Shown here in pieces: positions 9,481 through 20,100 of a stretch of DNA of 64,000 nt. The notes below the pieces were generated by a model. It was not told the DNA's origin. It saw nothing but the letters and a program-made list of their open reading frames with translations, and did no database searches. A program made the position numbers and the translations under genes. Position 1 is the first letter of the stretch; every line of letters starts with the position of its first letter. The stretch is from the IMG/VR virus record IMGVR_UViG_3300032245_001163. One strand, given 5' to 3'. The DNA comes from a virus.

Positions 9481-9848
9481 CGAGGGTATCCTGCAAATGC
9501 TTTCACTGGACTGGCTGTGTGTACAGCAGGATGTTCTGCTGATTTCAAGTCGCCGTGATTTAAATCTTCATAATGACTGCCTATGGCTTGATAAGCCTTT
9601 TTCAACATGGCTTGTTCTTCAGGGGTATACGGTGCTGCAATGTTGTTGCGTCCTGCCCATGACTCGCCATCCAGTTCAGGCACAAATGTGCCATCAGTCG
9701 AAGCCACTGCCATCATGATACGGTTGAGTTCATACACACGGTCAGCAAACTGTGCATCACGAAACTTGTTCAGGCCTACTGTGGCCTGGTTGAGTCGTTT
9801 GCCCATTTTACCAACCTTGTCTTCGGCGACAAACTCAGTTGCTCTCAT
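9477..9848 (-). CDS. Hypothetical protein, putative internal head protein (paralog of 8597..8983)
   Basis: Starts MRATEFVAE and ends SPVKAFAGYPR. Confidence 0.7.
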   Translation of the reverse strand: MRATEFVAEDKVGKMGKRLNQATVGLNKFRDAQFADRVYELNRIMMAVASTDGTFVPELDGESWAGRNNIAAPYTPEEQAMLKKAYQAIGSHYEDLNHGDLKSAEHPAVHTASPVKAFAGYPR

Positions 9849-9849
9849 A

Positions 9850-10197
9850 TTATGATGCCGGAGTTGCTATACCATTGCTGGCTGCTGTGGCCGAGGTTGC
9901 TGTGCCCAAGGCTGTAGCAGTAAAACCACCAGCACCTGTGAGAATGTTCAAGTAGTTGCCTGCACCCACATAGTATTGGGTAACAGTGTTGCCTGGCACC
10001 GCAATAGCGTTGGCATACAAGTTGCCCACAGGAGTGGTCATTGTAGCATTGGCAGTGTTGCCATCCCATGTTTTGTAAGTCAACTGCACAGCACTGACTT
10101 GAAATGTAACATTACTGAGTGTGGTGGCAAATTCCACTTTGTCTGTGGTCCAGAGTGTGTTGCCTATTGCATTTACGACTTGTACTGTGGTTGCCAT
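9850..10197 (-). CDS. Small Thr/Ala-rich beta-type virion protein (hypothetical)
   Basis: 115 aa, tightly coupled with neighbours, GAAGG SD. Confidence 0.6.
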   Translation of the reverse strand: MATTVQVVNAIGNTLWTTDKVEFATTLSNVTFQVSAVQLTYKTWDGNTANATMTTPVGNLYANAIAVPGNTVTQYYVGAGNYLNILTGAGGFTATALGTATSATAASNGIATPAS

Positions 10198-10385
10198 TAT
10201 TTGTTGCCTTCAGGTTTGGAAACTATGGGTTGAAATAGTTCTCTTGCTTGATACATAACACCTGGGATTTCCACAGGTGTTTGTTTCACGCTTGGTACAG
10301 AGGGTGGCACATAATTGTTAGCATTACGCTGTGCAATTTCTGCTGCCACTTCACTGTAGGGTCTCATCATGTTGTTTGAAGTCAT
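10197..10385 (-). CDS. Small hypothetical protein
   Basis: 62 aa filling the gap between coupled genes; TAATG overlap. Confidence 0.55.
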   Translation of the reverse strand: MTSNNMMRPYSEVAAEIAQRNANNYVPPSVPSVKQTPVEIPGVMYQARELFQPIVSKPEGNK

Positions 10386-10388
10386 TGT

Positions 10389-13253
10389 TTACCCCTTGTA
10401 TGCTCGCCATTGGTTGGTGAGAGCAAAAATGCTTTCATCAACTTTCTTTTCTGCTTGTGCTTTTTTGATAGCCTTGTCAACTGAACCGGCATGTTCTTCT
10501 GGACCGGATTCAATGTTGCCATCGTTGTCCCAGTCTGTGGTGGCTTTCTTGGCTTCTTTAATGCCAGCCATTTCTTTCATGCGTTGAATGCTGTCTTCGT
10601 ACTGGTTGTCATCTTTGCCAAATTCAGCATTAACTGAATCAGGATTCATGTCAGAAGTATCTGGACTCATACCTGATTTAAATGCAGCATTGACTTCGTC
10701 GTTTGACATAGCAGTAACGTCGGGACTCATACCTAAAGTCAATGCAGCATTGACTTCGTCTTTTGACATCCGAGCCACTTCGGGAGATATTGGCCCTAGA
10801 TCAACTTCAGTTTTGATGCCAGCCATTTCTCTGATTCTGCGTAGATCATCATTGTGTGGATGGGTTGCCACCACAGGCACAGTTGATTGTCCATCACCTG
10901 CTATGTCGGTTTTAGGTCTATTCAACCCGCCAGCATAACCAAAGTTGCTGTCAGCCTGTTCAGTGTTGGTGGGCCAATCAGGAGCATTTTCGTCCACTGC
11001 TTCATGCACATCACCGCAACCGCAATCTGTCATACCGCAGGTATCACATGCTTCTTCGCCATGTGAGTGTGCTTCTCCACCGCCAAGTCCTGCTGATTTC
11101 AGTATCATGGCCAATTTCATCGCATCTTCATCTGTGGCTGTGACTGTCAGGCTCTTGTTGCCTTCTGTTGAATCACTCATATTCACGCTCATTGATTCAG
11201 CAATCATCAGTTCTAGTTCACGATTCATTGAGTCGTAAATGCCTTTGCCAAAACTCATGCCACCAGACTTGGCTGGTTTAACATTGACTTGGCCTTTGTC
11301 CATTGTGGCACTGATTCGGCCAGTGGTTGAACTGGTTGAAGTCTGTCCTGGACCAGTTTGTTTAGTAATCAATCTGCCTTCTTCAGAATTCTCGTCGACT
11401 TCTTCTTTCTTTTTGCTCTTGACTTTTTCAGGCAAGCCTTTGTGCTTGGTGCTGGCAAAATCTTCAGCATCTTTTTTCTTCATGGTCTTAGCAACTTTGC
11501 CCACAGCCTTGCTGGCAGGCTTTTCACCTTTTTGTGCTGCATGTACCATGCCCATGAAACGTTGTTGTTTCTTGCTTACTGCTTTTTCAGCAATGGGTTC
11601 TTCTTCGCCGTCATCACTGGCTTGATTTTGCATGTACTCGTCGATGCTGATCATCATGCCTTCAATCTTGGCCAATTTGGATTGTACCCATTCTGGCAAG
11701 TTGTCGTTGTCGCCTAGAACCTTGCTCAAGGCCTGTGCATGACGCACAATGGTCTTGATGTCATCTTTGGCCATGTCGCCTTCTTGATCGTATTCGCCTT
11801 GGTCAGTGATGTCCTGATCACCTTCTTTGGTCATCAACTTGGACTTTCTTTGAAACACCTTGGCTTTGCTACTAACATTCTTGGTACCTTTTGGTCTACC
11901 ACGTCCACGTGGTCCTGCTTGTGTATCTGAATCATCATCGGCACCAACACTAATACCTTGTGCATCAGTACGGCGTGTTACAGTACGTCCTGTATATCTT
12001 GGATCTGAGGTGCTGTGTTTGATGTCGTGCTTGGCACCACGTTCAGTGCTGCCGGCTTTGGGTGTATCAACTTTTCTTGTGCTCATGTCAAACGCAGTGC
12101 CTTTTGAACGTTCTTCGTCCATCTCGTCCTTGCTGCCGGACTTGGCACCTTTACGCAACATAGCAAAATCGTTGGCATCTAGTTTGCCATTTTTGTTCAT
12201 GTCAATTTTCTTCTGCTTTGGGCTCAATGCATTACGCATGGCTTCGGCTGCCACATCGCCCAGCATCTCATCAACTTCTTTTTTGGCGCCGGCAATCTTG
12301 TCAGCAAAAGTGATTTTGTTTGCAGGAGGTGCTAGTTTGGCAAATGACTTTTGTTTGGCAGTCATTGGAGCACCAGACTCTGGTACGCCTTCGGGGTCGC
12401 CACTGGGTGCTGGAACTCCTCTTTCGCCTGGCTTGGGTGGATCAGCAGTCCATACGCCACCTTTGATGGTGCCCATGTTGTTGCCTTTGGGGGCTGGCTT
12501 GCTGGGCTTGGCAGGCACATATGGTGGAGTACGTCCTGCTGTGGATGCTTGCTTGTCAACCATTGATTTTGCAGGAGCAGGTCCACCACTTTCTTGTGTT
12601 GGCTTGGGATAACGTTTTGCCAAACGTTCTCTTTCGTCTGGTCTAGGACCATATTCTGGATCAGGCATGTCGTAACCAAGTTTGTCTTTGATTTTGTTGA
12701 TCACGCCTGGTGCTGTGCGATCTACATATTTGTTCTGACCTCGAGCATCATTCGACCATGCACCAACGCTTCCATCTGTATTACCATATTTGTCAAAATC
12801 TGGTGTCTTGTAATTTGCACGGTCTGGACTGATTGCACTAGGACCTGCTTGATTTCTATTAGGACCTGCAGTACCTGGACCAAAGTCTTGGTCTTCGTTG
12901 TAATTGTCGTATTTTTTACGGATTGGATCCAGTGCTTTGCCTTCACGTCCGGCTTTTTGTAGTGCTTTCATGCCTTGTTTGCCGTACTTTTCGTAGCCTT
13001 TGGCAGCACGGCTCATGCCTTCTTCTTCTTCCAGTTTGCCAGCCTTGGCCATCTTGGCCTTGACAGCACCAGCCACACGCTCACCAGCAGCCTTGCTGCC
13101 GTATTCTTTGGCTGCTTTGTCAGCCAATGCCTTGAACCCTGTGGTGGCATTGTTGTGCTTGCCCATGTCGCGCTCGTTTAATTGACCATGCGTTTTGCTT
13201 GGTGTTTCGCGAATGGCGTCTAGTTTTTTGTTTAAATCGTAAAAGAAACTCAT
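10389..13253 (-). CDS. Large charged modular protein, putative prohead core/internal polyprotein
   Basis: Lys/Glu/Asp-rich; DUF3008-like module (KAVSKKQQRFMGMVH...FASTKHKGLPEKV), EF-hand-like DMNKNGKLDANDF, many (L/I/V/M)xE sites. Confidence 0.65.
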   Translation of the reverse strand: MSFFYDLNKKLDAIRETPSKTHGQLNERDMGKHNNATTGFKALADKAAKEYGSKAAGERVAGAVKAKMAKAGKLEEEEGMSRAAKGYEKYGKQGMKALQKAGREGKALDPIRKKYDNYNEDQDFGPGTAGPNRNQAGPSAISPDRANYKTPDFDKYGNTDGSVGAWSNDARGQNKYVDRTAPGVINKIKDKLGYDMPDPEYGPRPDERERLAKRYPKPTQESGGPAPAKSMVDKQASTAGRTPPYVPAKPSKPAPKGNNMGTIKGGVWTADPPKPGERGVPAPSGDPEGVPESGAPMTAKQKSFAKLAPPANKITFADKIAGAKKEVDEMLGDVAAEAMRNALSPKQKKIDMNKNGKLDANDFAMLRKGAKSGSKDEMDEERSKGTAFDMSTRKVDTPKAGSTERGAKHDIKHSTSDPRYTGRTVTRRTDAQGISVGADDDSDTQAGPRGRGRPKGTKNVSSKAKVFQRKSKLMTKEGDQDITDQGEYDQEGDMAKDDIKTIVRHAQALSKVLGDNDNLPEWVQSKLAKIEGMMISIDEYMQNQASDDGEEEPIAEKAVSKKQQRFMGMVHAAQKGEKPASKAVGKVAKTMKKKDAEDFASTKHKGLPEKVKSKKKEEVDENSEEGRLITKQTGPGQTSTSSTTGRISATMDKGQVNVKPAKSGGMSFGKGIYDSMNRELELMIAESMSVNMSDSTEGNKSLTVTATDEDAMKLAMILKSAGLGGGEAHSHGEEACDTCGMTDCGCGDVHEAVDENAPDWPTNTEQADSNFGYAGGLNRPKTDIAGDGQSTVPVVATHPHNDDLRRIREMAGIKTEVDLGPISPEVARMSKDEVNAALTLGMSPDVTAMSNDEVNAAFKSGMSPDTSDMNPDSVNAEFGKDDNQYEDSIQRMKEMAGIKEAKKATTDWDNDGNIESGPEEHAGSVDKAIKKAQAEKKVDESIFALTNQWRAYKG
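10621..10770. repeat. 60-bp (20-aa) tandem repeat, about 2.5 copies
   Basis: aatgcagcattgacttcgtc at 10681 and 10741, degenerate copy at 10621; protein MSxDEVNAAxxxGMSPD. Confidence 0.85.
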
Positions 13254-13257
13254 TGTA

Positions 13258-13866
13258 TTATCCTCTTGGGTTAGCGCCAGTGGCTGGCTTGGGTGGGCGA
13301 TTGATCTTGGTCATTGGGCTTTTATCGCCTTGAGCAATTTCATTTGTGGTCTTGGCTGCGGGTGTTTTACCGCCAGCAATGGTAAAGTCTGAGCGATATG
13401 CGTTTTTCAACACAGCATGGTCATAAGGACCAGTTGCGTAGTCTTTCTTCAATGCCTTTTGTTCTGCGTCAGGCACAGGATAATCTGTTTTGTCCAACAG
13501 GTCTTTGTTTTGACTGTCAATTCGTTCATACTCATCAACAAGCCCATCCACGTGTGGGGTGGTCTGCATGATGATGTGATTGGGGTCAAGGCCCAACAAC
13601 TGTGCCAGTTGTTTGATCTGTGGCTCAATGGCTGGATACTTGAAACTTACATCAAACATTGTTACACTGTCATTTTTGTTGTTGGGGAAGTCAGTGGGAA
13701 TGATCTGTATAGGAGTGGTCCGAGGATCACTCATTTTAACAGGATCAAATTGATCCAACTTTTTCTTCAACTGCGATACCAAATCACCGGACGGTTTGCC
13801 CAGTATTTTGATACGATAGTTGTATGTACGTTCGCTTTCGGCGAGGTAATGGGCAAAATTTTTCAT
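13258..13866 (-). CDS. Hypothetical virion/head protein
   Basis: Likely start MKNFAHYLAE (ATG 13866) with AGGA SD and upstream TAAATA. Confidence 0.7.
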   Translation of the reverse strand: MKNFAHYLAESERTYNYRIKILGKPSGDLVSQLKKKLDQFDPVKMSDPRTTPIQIIPTDFPNNKNDSVTMFDVSFKYPAIEPQIKQLAQLLGLDPNHIIMQTTPHVDGLVDEYERIDSQNKDLLDKTDYPVPDAEQKALKKDYATGPYDHAVLKNAYRSDFTIAGGKTPAAKTTNEIAQGDKSPMTKINRPPKPATGANPRG

Positions 13867-13886
13867 ATCAGGTTCCTGTAACATAT

Positions 13887-14408
13887 TTATTCTTTTTTAT
13901 CTTTTTGATCTTTGCTGGCTAACAAACGTTCCAAAAGATCATTGCGACTCAATACCATGCCCTGTGCAGTTTGCATGGCTTCGCCGCCACCTGCTTCTGC
14001 TGCTTTGGCATCTATTGCCGCTTGTTGTTGATCCAGTCGCATTTTCTTCAACTGTAGATCAATCATTTTCAATTTCTTGTCCATTTTGGCAGTTTTTGCT
14101 GTGATGGCATGCCCCAGCATGTTGCTGGCTACACTGAATATTTCGCTGGCAAATCTTGAATCCACCTGCATGCCTAGATCCATAAGATCGTTGTAACTGC
14201 TTTTGGCCAAGTCGGCTAGGCCGTCCATTTCTTCGTCGTTGGCTTCTAGCCCACGCACACCTGGCAAGGCCTGATCAATTTTGTCTATGTTGTCGTCTAG
14301 TGTTTGCAGTTGACTGCGCAGGTCTTCTGCAGGTGCAGGATTGGCATCAACTGCTGGAGCATGGTCAGATGGGGGTAATTCAAAAAGTTCTTCGAGTTTG
14401 CGGGTCAT
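13887..14408 (-). CDS. Probable terminase small subunit (gp16-like)
   Basis: Helical protein with LMDLGMQVDSRFASEIFSVASNML...KLKMIDLQ and C-terminal SRNDLL, similar in layout to T4-like gp16. Confidence 0.55.
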   Translation of the reverse strand: MTRKLEELFELPPSDHAPAVDANPAPAEDLRSQLQTLDDNIDKIDQALPGVRGLEANDEEMDGLADLAKSSYNDLMDLGMQVDSRFASEIFSVASNMLGHAITAKTAKMDKKLKMIDLQLKKMRLDQQQAAIDAKAAEAGGGEAMQTAQGMVLSRNDLLERLLASKDQKDKKE

Positions 14409-14422
14409 GCCCTATTTAGTGG

Positions 14423-14854
14423 TCAAGCACGACCGTTGTGAAACATATCACTTTCTGTGATAACTCTAAAAGTCAAGCCGTTTTTTCTAGCCCAGCGTGT
14501 GGCAGCGTCCCACTTGGCATAGTTGATGGCTACTACAGCCCGGTCCCGGCTGTTCATTTTTGACTCAATCACGCTTTGACTTTTGGGCTTGATTTCGATC
14601 AACTCGGCTCGCACAGTGTTGTCCCGGTTGCGATAAGTGATCAAGAAGTCCGGAATATACTGGGTCATTTTGCCTGTTATGGGATGGCGGTAAGGTATAG
14701 CGATGCTTTCTGACGCCCATTGCAACACATGATCATTGGTGTCGCAAAACTTCATAAAACTAAGTTCCCATCCTGATCTGTAGCGCGGTGTGCCATTGCC
14801 CGCATACTTTTCACGATTGATTATGACATAGTTGCCTTGTGCCCAACGACTCAT
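14423..14854 (-). CDS. gp4: Head completion nuclease (T4 gp4 / TnsA-like)
   Basis: YRSGWE, WASE...IPY, YIPDF, IEIKP, NYAKWDAA, FRVITE. Confidence 0.88.
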   Translation of the reverse strand: MSRWAQGNYVIINREKYAGNGTPRYRSGWELSFMKFCDTNDHVLQWASESIAIPYRHPITGKMTQYIPDFLITYRNRDNTVRAELIEIKPKSQSVIESKMNSRDRAVVAINYAKWDAATRWARKNGLTFRVITESDMFHNGRA

Positions 14855-15210
14855 AGCAGTACGTTTCTGGCCTGATAAAAGTTGGGTACCACTGCACTAC
14901 CCACACCCAACAAGGTAGCGGCACTGCGAATGGCATTGAGATAGTAGGCTAAACTGGCACTGAGATTGATACCGTTTGTACCTTTGAACTCGTCCAACAG
15001 TGTCAAGGGTGGTATGCCAGTGTTTTCTGCCACTCTAAACAAGCTCACTGTAAAATTACCAGCAGCCTGGCGAGTAGTCATTGTACTCAAAAAATAACTG
15101 TACACAATGTCATACTCTGCCGCAGGCACATTGGCTTCGTAGGCATAGAAGTTGTCAAAAACTCTGACAGTTAGATCTAAATTGGGGTTGGTATAATTTA
15201 CAGTGCTCAT
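14851..15210 (-). CDS. Hypothetical protein
   Basis: 119 aa, TAAATA 7 nt upstream, ATGA overlap with gp4. Confidence 0.7.
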   Translation of the reverse strand: MSTVNYTNPNLDLTVRVFDNFYAYEANVPAAEYDIVYSYFLSTMTTRQAAGNFTVSLFRVAENTGIPPLTLLDEFKGTNGINLSASLAYYLNAIRSAATLLGVGSAVVPNFYQARNVLL

Positions 15211-15237
15211 GGTGTTGTATTTAATAACCTATTGGTG

Positions 15238-16443
15238 TTAGCCCAATGGATTGTTAACAGGGTTTCTTCTAGCAGCGGTTTGTGTGGGGAAAATCCAACC
15301 ATCAGCTTTGTTGGCCACTGCTCGTGTGGCAGCAGGCAGGCCTTGTTTGAGAGTTTGTGTGCCCAGAGACACTGCTTCACTCTTGGCAATGGCAGCAAGA
15401 TTCTTGCCTTTGAATGTTTGATTGAGTCGCGCTGCTTTTTGTGCAGCGCCAATAAGACCCAGTACACTGCCACTTTGCAAATCGCCAATGATGCCTGCGC
15501 CTGTTTCCAACAAGCCGCCTTGACCAAACACTGTGGCGTTTGAACCTGGTCTAGCAATGGGACTGAGTTCTTTGTCATAGTGTGCATCTGTGGCAAAACC
15601 TTGCACATTGGGGTCTCCGCCTGATTGTGCTCGTCCCACTGCGCCTGAATAGTATTTTACAGTTTCATAAGCAATGCTCATTGAGTTTTGCATGGTGCCA
15701 GCACCGTCATAATAGTTGTACTGGTCATGACTCCAACTGGTAATCAAGGGATTGATCAACACATACTCAGCAAACTTGCGTTGGTCTAATCCGTAGATTC
15801 TTATGTCTCTAAAAAATGCAGGCTTGCCGCCAGCAACGCCAGCAGTGCTTCCGTCATTGAATGCTTCGCCGATAAAGCCCCAGTCGTTGACATTGCCCAC
15901 ACGTTCTTTGGCATAGATGTCTCTGGCGTTGTAGCCAAAGCCTGCTTGGCGTTGTGCGTCAAACCCATTGGCGCCATTGGTATTGTTGGGGTCAAGATAT
16001 CTCTGTGAAGAATCTTTGTAGTAATAATTCATGTAATAATACCACATCTTGCGAATCAAATCACCGCTGGTATCATGAAACACCACATTTATTGGCTCGT
16101 AGTTGAGTTTTTTCTGTATGATTCTTTTGCGATTGTACTGATTTAAAGTTTCGTGTTCAATGCTGTACTTTGGTAAATCAATTTGTTTTACTGCTAAACT
16201 TAAATTGTTCTGATCATCATTGCTAAACGCACCTCGCAAGAAAGGTACCTGATCTGTGTTCAGCGTAAAACTAACATGGAAAAGGAACTTGTATCGAGGC
16301 TTGAGTTCGTAAGCGTTGGTGGTAAATGTACGGCTTGCGTGTTGGTAATCACGCAAGATGTTGTTGCCTAGGAAACCACTTTTTAAATTTCCGCCAAAAT
16401 TTGGATCTATACCTTTAAGGAAGTCTTGTCCAAAAAATGACAT
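15238..16443 (-). CDS. Tail-tube-fold baseplate protein (gp48/gp54-like)
   Basis: KQIDLPKYSIEHETLNQYNRKR...YEPINVVFHD and MSIAYE resemble the gp19 fold; adjacent to the tube gene. Confidence 0.6.
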   Translation of the reverse strand: MSFFGQDFLKGIDPNFGGNLKSGFLGNNILRDYQHASRTFTTNAYELKPRYKFLFHVSFTLNTDQVPFLRGAFSNDDQNNLSLAVKQIDLPKYSIEHETLNQYNRKRIIQKKLNYEPINVVFHDTSGDLIRKMWYYYMNYYYKDSSQRYLDPNNTNGANGFDAQRQAGFGYNARDIYAKERVGNVNDWGFIGEAFNDGSTAGVAGGKPAFFRDIRIYGLDQRKFAEYVLINPLITSWSHDQYNYYDGAGTMQNSMSIAYETVKYYSGAVGRAQSGGDPNVQGFATDAHYDKELSPIARPGSNATVFGQGGLLETGAGIIGDLQSGSVLGLIGAAQKAARLNQTFKGKNLAAIAKSEAVSLGTQTLKQGLPAATRAVANKADGWIFPTQTAARRNPVNNPLG

Positions 16444-16445
16444 GT

Positions 16446-17072
16446 TTAGACACCTGCGCCGGTTACCACATCGCCTATAGTTCTACCAATTTCGGTACCA
16501 ACTCCAGTGCCTTCAGGTGTTTGGTTGGCATTATCGTATATGATGGTCATGGTGATTGATACTGGAGCATTTTCACTGTAGTTCAATGCGCCATAATCAG
16601 CACCACTGAGGTAGCAGCCATACAATTCCCAGGTTTCAAGTACCACAGGAGTGTTGGCACCGTTGCCGCCATCAAGAATTTCAACTTTGGTTGTGAACTT
16701 GTAGTCAATACCAGAAGCGGCACTACTCATTTCCAAGAAGTCCATTTGTTTCTGCAACTGTTCACCAATCAACTTGCTCACAGCGCCCGAAGCATCATCA
16801 CGTATCTCGCATGATGTTGGTGCCCATGAGTGCTTGCCAGCCAAGTTCAACTTTGAATTGTAGATTGGAATTTCTATGTTTTCAAATGTCAAATTAGGTC
16901 TAGCAAAACTTATGACTTGCTTGGTTAATTCTGTTCTTGGTGTGCTCACACCAAAATTTTCAAACATCACTCTAAAGCGATATTTGAGTTTGGGCATCAA
17001 CAGACCCTGTGTTGGCGAACTTTGATCGCTGGCCAAGGGTACTGTCATTCTCTGTAATGATGAAACTGCCAT
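16446..17072 (-). CDS. gp19: Tail tube protein (gp19-like)
   Basis: PKLKYRFRV, AGKHSW, WELYGCY, ITMTIIYD; directly follows the sheath gene. Confidence 0.85.
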   Translation of the reverse strand: MAVSSLQRMTVPLASDQSSPTQGLLMPKLKYRFRVMFENFGVSTPRTELTKQVISFARPNLTFENIEIPIYNSKLNLAGKHSWAPTSCEIRDDASGAVSKLIGEQLQKQMDFLEMSSAASGIDYKFTTKVEILDGGNGANTPVVLETWELYGCYLSGADYGALNYSENAPVSITMTIIYDNANQTPEGTGVGTEIGRTIGDVVTGAGV

Positions 17073-17108
17073 TTGTTATATCTCCTGTTGTGTTTATTTA
17101 CCTAATTC

Positions 17109-17136
17109 AATGACCGGTCGAAACCGGTCATTTTTT
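17109..17136. terminator. Stem-loop between sheath and tube genes (UUCG loop on minus strand)
   Basis: aatgaccggt-cgaa-accggtcatt followed by a T-run on the plus strand. Confidence 0.65.
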
Positions 17137-17138
17137 CA

Positions 17139-20100
17139 TCAAGCATTGAGTCCTGAAATTTCTCCAGTGTTCTTGATACGCAATGGAATGTAGATAAATT
17201 CAACTGCCTTAACTGGTTCAATAGCAACGTCCACCCACAACTCGTTGCGGTCAATACGTGCAGGAGTGTTATTGCTCAAATCGCAAACAACCAAATAGTC
17301 ATAGATCGCACGTTTAGCAATCAAGTCAATCATCAAACTGTTAACAGTATTGGTGATCTCGTTGCGGGTGATCTGATCATTGGGTTCAAACAAGTACAGT
17401 TTGCCAATTTCTTCTAAGCGTCCGCGCAAGAAGCAGATCAGTCGTGCAACGTTGATACGATCCAGTGCTGTTGTAGCACCTTGACGTGTTTTATTACCAA
17501 AGTTTGTGATACCAATACCGGGGATAAAGGTAATTGGGTTGATATTGTTTTCATACAATATGTCACGCACGCCTTGTCCCACTGCTAACTGTACAAATTC
17601 GCCAGTTTGTGCGTTGATATAACCAATGGCATCAGCGTTGTCTACCACACCACGGCGTGTACCAGCAGGTGCCAACCATGGATAACTCACTGCATCGCTG
17701 CGCAGAATTGTGCGCACCATCATGTGTGTTGGAGGTGCTACCACAGCGTTGCCTGACAAGTCTGTGGTCTGGCATGAAGGATAGAACACAGCAGCATAAG
17801 CACTGCCAATGGTCAAGCCATCATCTGTTGGCACACCAAGTCCGTTGTTGTTGGTAGCATGTGTTACCAGATCAGTACCACTGTTTGACAAGCGCATTGG
17901 TGTATCGCCCACAACAAACAGTGTGTTAGCACGTTCATTGCTGAGTGCAACCAAATTGGTCAACAATTCAGGATAACCAGGAGCAGCAATCAAGTTGAAT
18001 TGATTTTGTTCTTCACGTGCAGCCAGGCTGGTATCAATACCAGACTTCATTGCAGCCACAATCAATTTGCGTTGTGCCAAACGACCAGCATACATTGCAC
18101 CATCGTCTTTGTTGCCTGATGCAGTGAGCCAGGTATTGGTCACCGCAGGCAGTGTGTCGTCAGGGAATGTGGTTGAGTTAAAGTAATTGCTTTGGAAACT
18201 CTTGACATTGTAGCCTGAACGACGTGTGTTCCACAACAACATACCTTGGGGGTACAGTGCAGGATCAGGAGCGTCCAAGTCCAAGTAATCACTGGTCAAC
18301 AAACTTTCAATTGTGGGGAATGGGTCTGCCACTGGATCGGTTGTGCCGTTTGGTGCCCAACGTGCGTCTGCAAACAAAATACCGTTTGAAGTAATCTGGT
18401 CAGTGGTATCCACTGCTACCCATTGATCGGTTCCGCTGACCTGTTCCCAACGATACATCTTGGGATAGTTTTCAAGATCGCTTGAATCAATCCACAAATC
18501 GCCGTATTGCAGTGGACTTTCGGCTGCATCATTTTGTGTTAAAGGTTCGGTGGCAGCAATGATAGGACCTGAAGCATTGGTCAATGTCAAATCAAAACCA
18601 CGTGTGTCGTTGGTAACATTTTGATAACCTTGCCATGTGCCATTGTCTTGGATCATGATGTCCACGTCGCTGATACTGCTGTAGTACCACAAACGACCAT
18701 CAGCTGGATTTTGATCAGGCGCAGTATCACTTGCTGTGTAGGAGAACAAATCAGCAGTGACCCAATTACTCAAAACCAAAAATCCAGCTGCCTGATCTTG
18801 GCGAACTTTTGGTGTAGGAGTTGATCCTGTCAATGTAAATCCTGCAGTGGTAACCGGTGTTCCTGTTATGTTATCCAAATAAATTGCACCGCCCTGACTG
18901 TGTGTGAACACAATGTTTCCGGCACTGTTGACACTGGCGCTTACATATGGAACGTTGGCTGCGCTGATATCGGTGATGAAAGAAGCAACACTGGTACCAC
19001 TCAATGTCACACTGTATGGTCCAGTGGTAGCATCTGATCCAGCTGAAGTAGCATAGATATTAAACTGATTACTTTGAACAAACAAACTGTCTCCATTGCT
19101 TCCAGGAGTAGTGATACCGGTTACAACTGTTGCACCCAATGCCACTCTTTCCAATAACAGGAAAGCAGCATTTTGATTAGGTGTGGTATTGTATGCTTCT
19201 GAATTGTACTGCACATAGGTGCTGCCAACTGGAATATTTTTACCACCTCCAGTGGGATCAAGTCCGTAGTTTGCTGCACCATCATATGAATAAACAGGAC
19301 TGCTTTGTGCAACCCATGTGTCTAATGCAGCACTGTATTGTTTTAATTTCAAACTCATGCCGTTGCTGGCAGTGCTGATATTTTGCCAAACTGATCCAGT
19401 TGGAGCAGGTGCTGTATCTGTGGTTCTCCAGCGTGGTGCTTGATAGCTGTAGCCTGGGAAATAACTTGGAGCACGATATTCAACCGGAGAAATACCTAAT
19501 GCAGTCAACAAAACAGGTTGTGTGCCTGGACTAGTACCAGTTTGGATACTGACAACACCACCATTGTCTGTGGATCCGTCATTGGTTGCAGAGCTGTCTG
19601 CATACAATGTCAATTTGTTGCTGACTGCTGCTGCTGTAATACCTGACGCTGCCAATGCAGAAGTTATGGCTGCGGCAAAAGCTGCCACTGTTGTGAGGGT
19701 GGCAGGTCCAACAGCACTAGGAACAGTAACCAACGTACCATTGATGTACATGTTAGATCCAGGCTGCAATCCAGCTCCTGACACTGAATTTGTACCTTGC
19801 ACTGTGGGCCATGAAGTTTTCCAATCGTCTGAGCCCAACAACACCCAATCATTGTCTGAATTTTTGTAGTAATTCTGATTGTTCAAACTTACAGCACTCA
19901 CAGCATAATCACCAATGCTGCCAATGGTGCTGATAGGAGTATAATCGCCAGTGGCATAATCAACCACATCTGCGGTGTCTGTGATCACAATAGGCACCTG
20001 GTTGGTGAATGTTGCGGCTGTTTGATCCCATTCAAATATGCCCCAGAGACTGGTACTGGTATCTAACCAGTATGTACCATTGTTGGGGTTGCCTGTGGGG

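Noticed and set aside
10369-13185. Chain of plus-strand ORFs opposite the 954-aa gene (likewise 46967..47452)
   Set aside because: Ser/Leu/Phe-rich antisense artefacts of Glu/Lys/Asp-rich coding sequence
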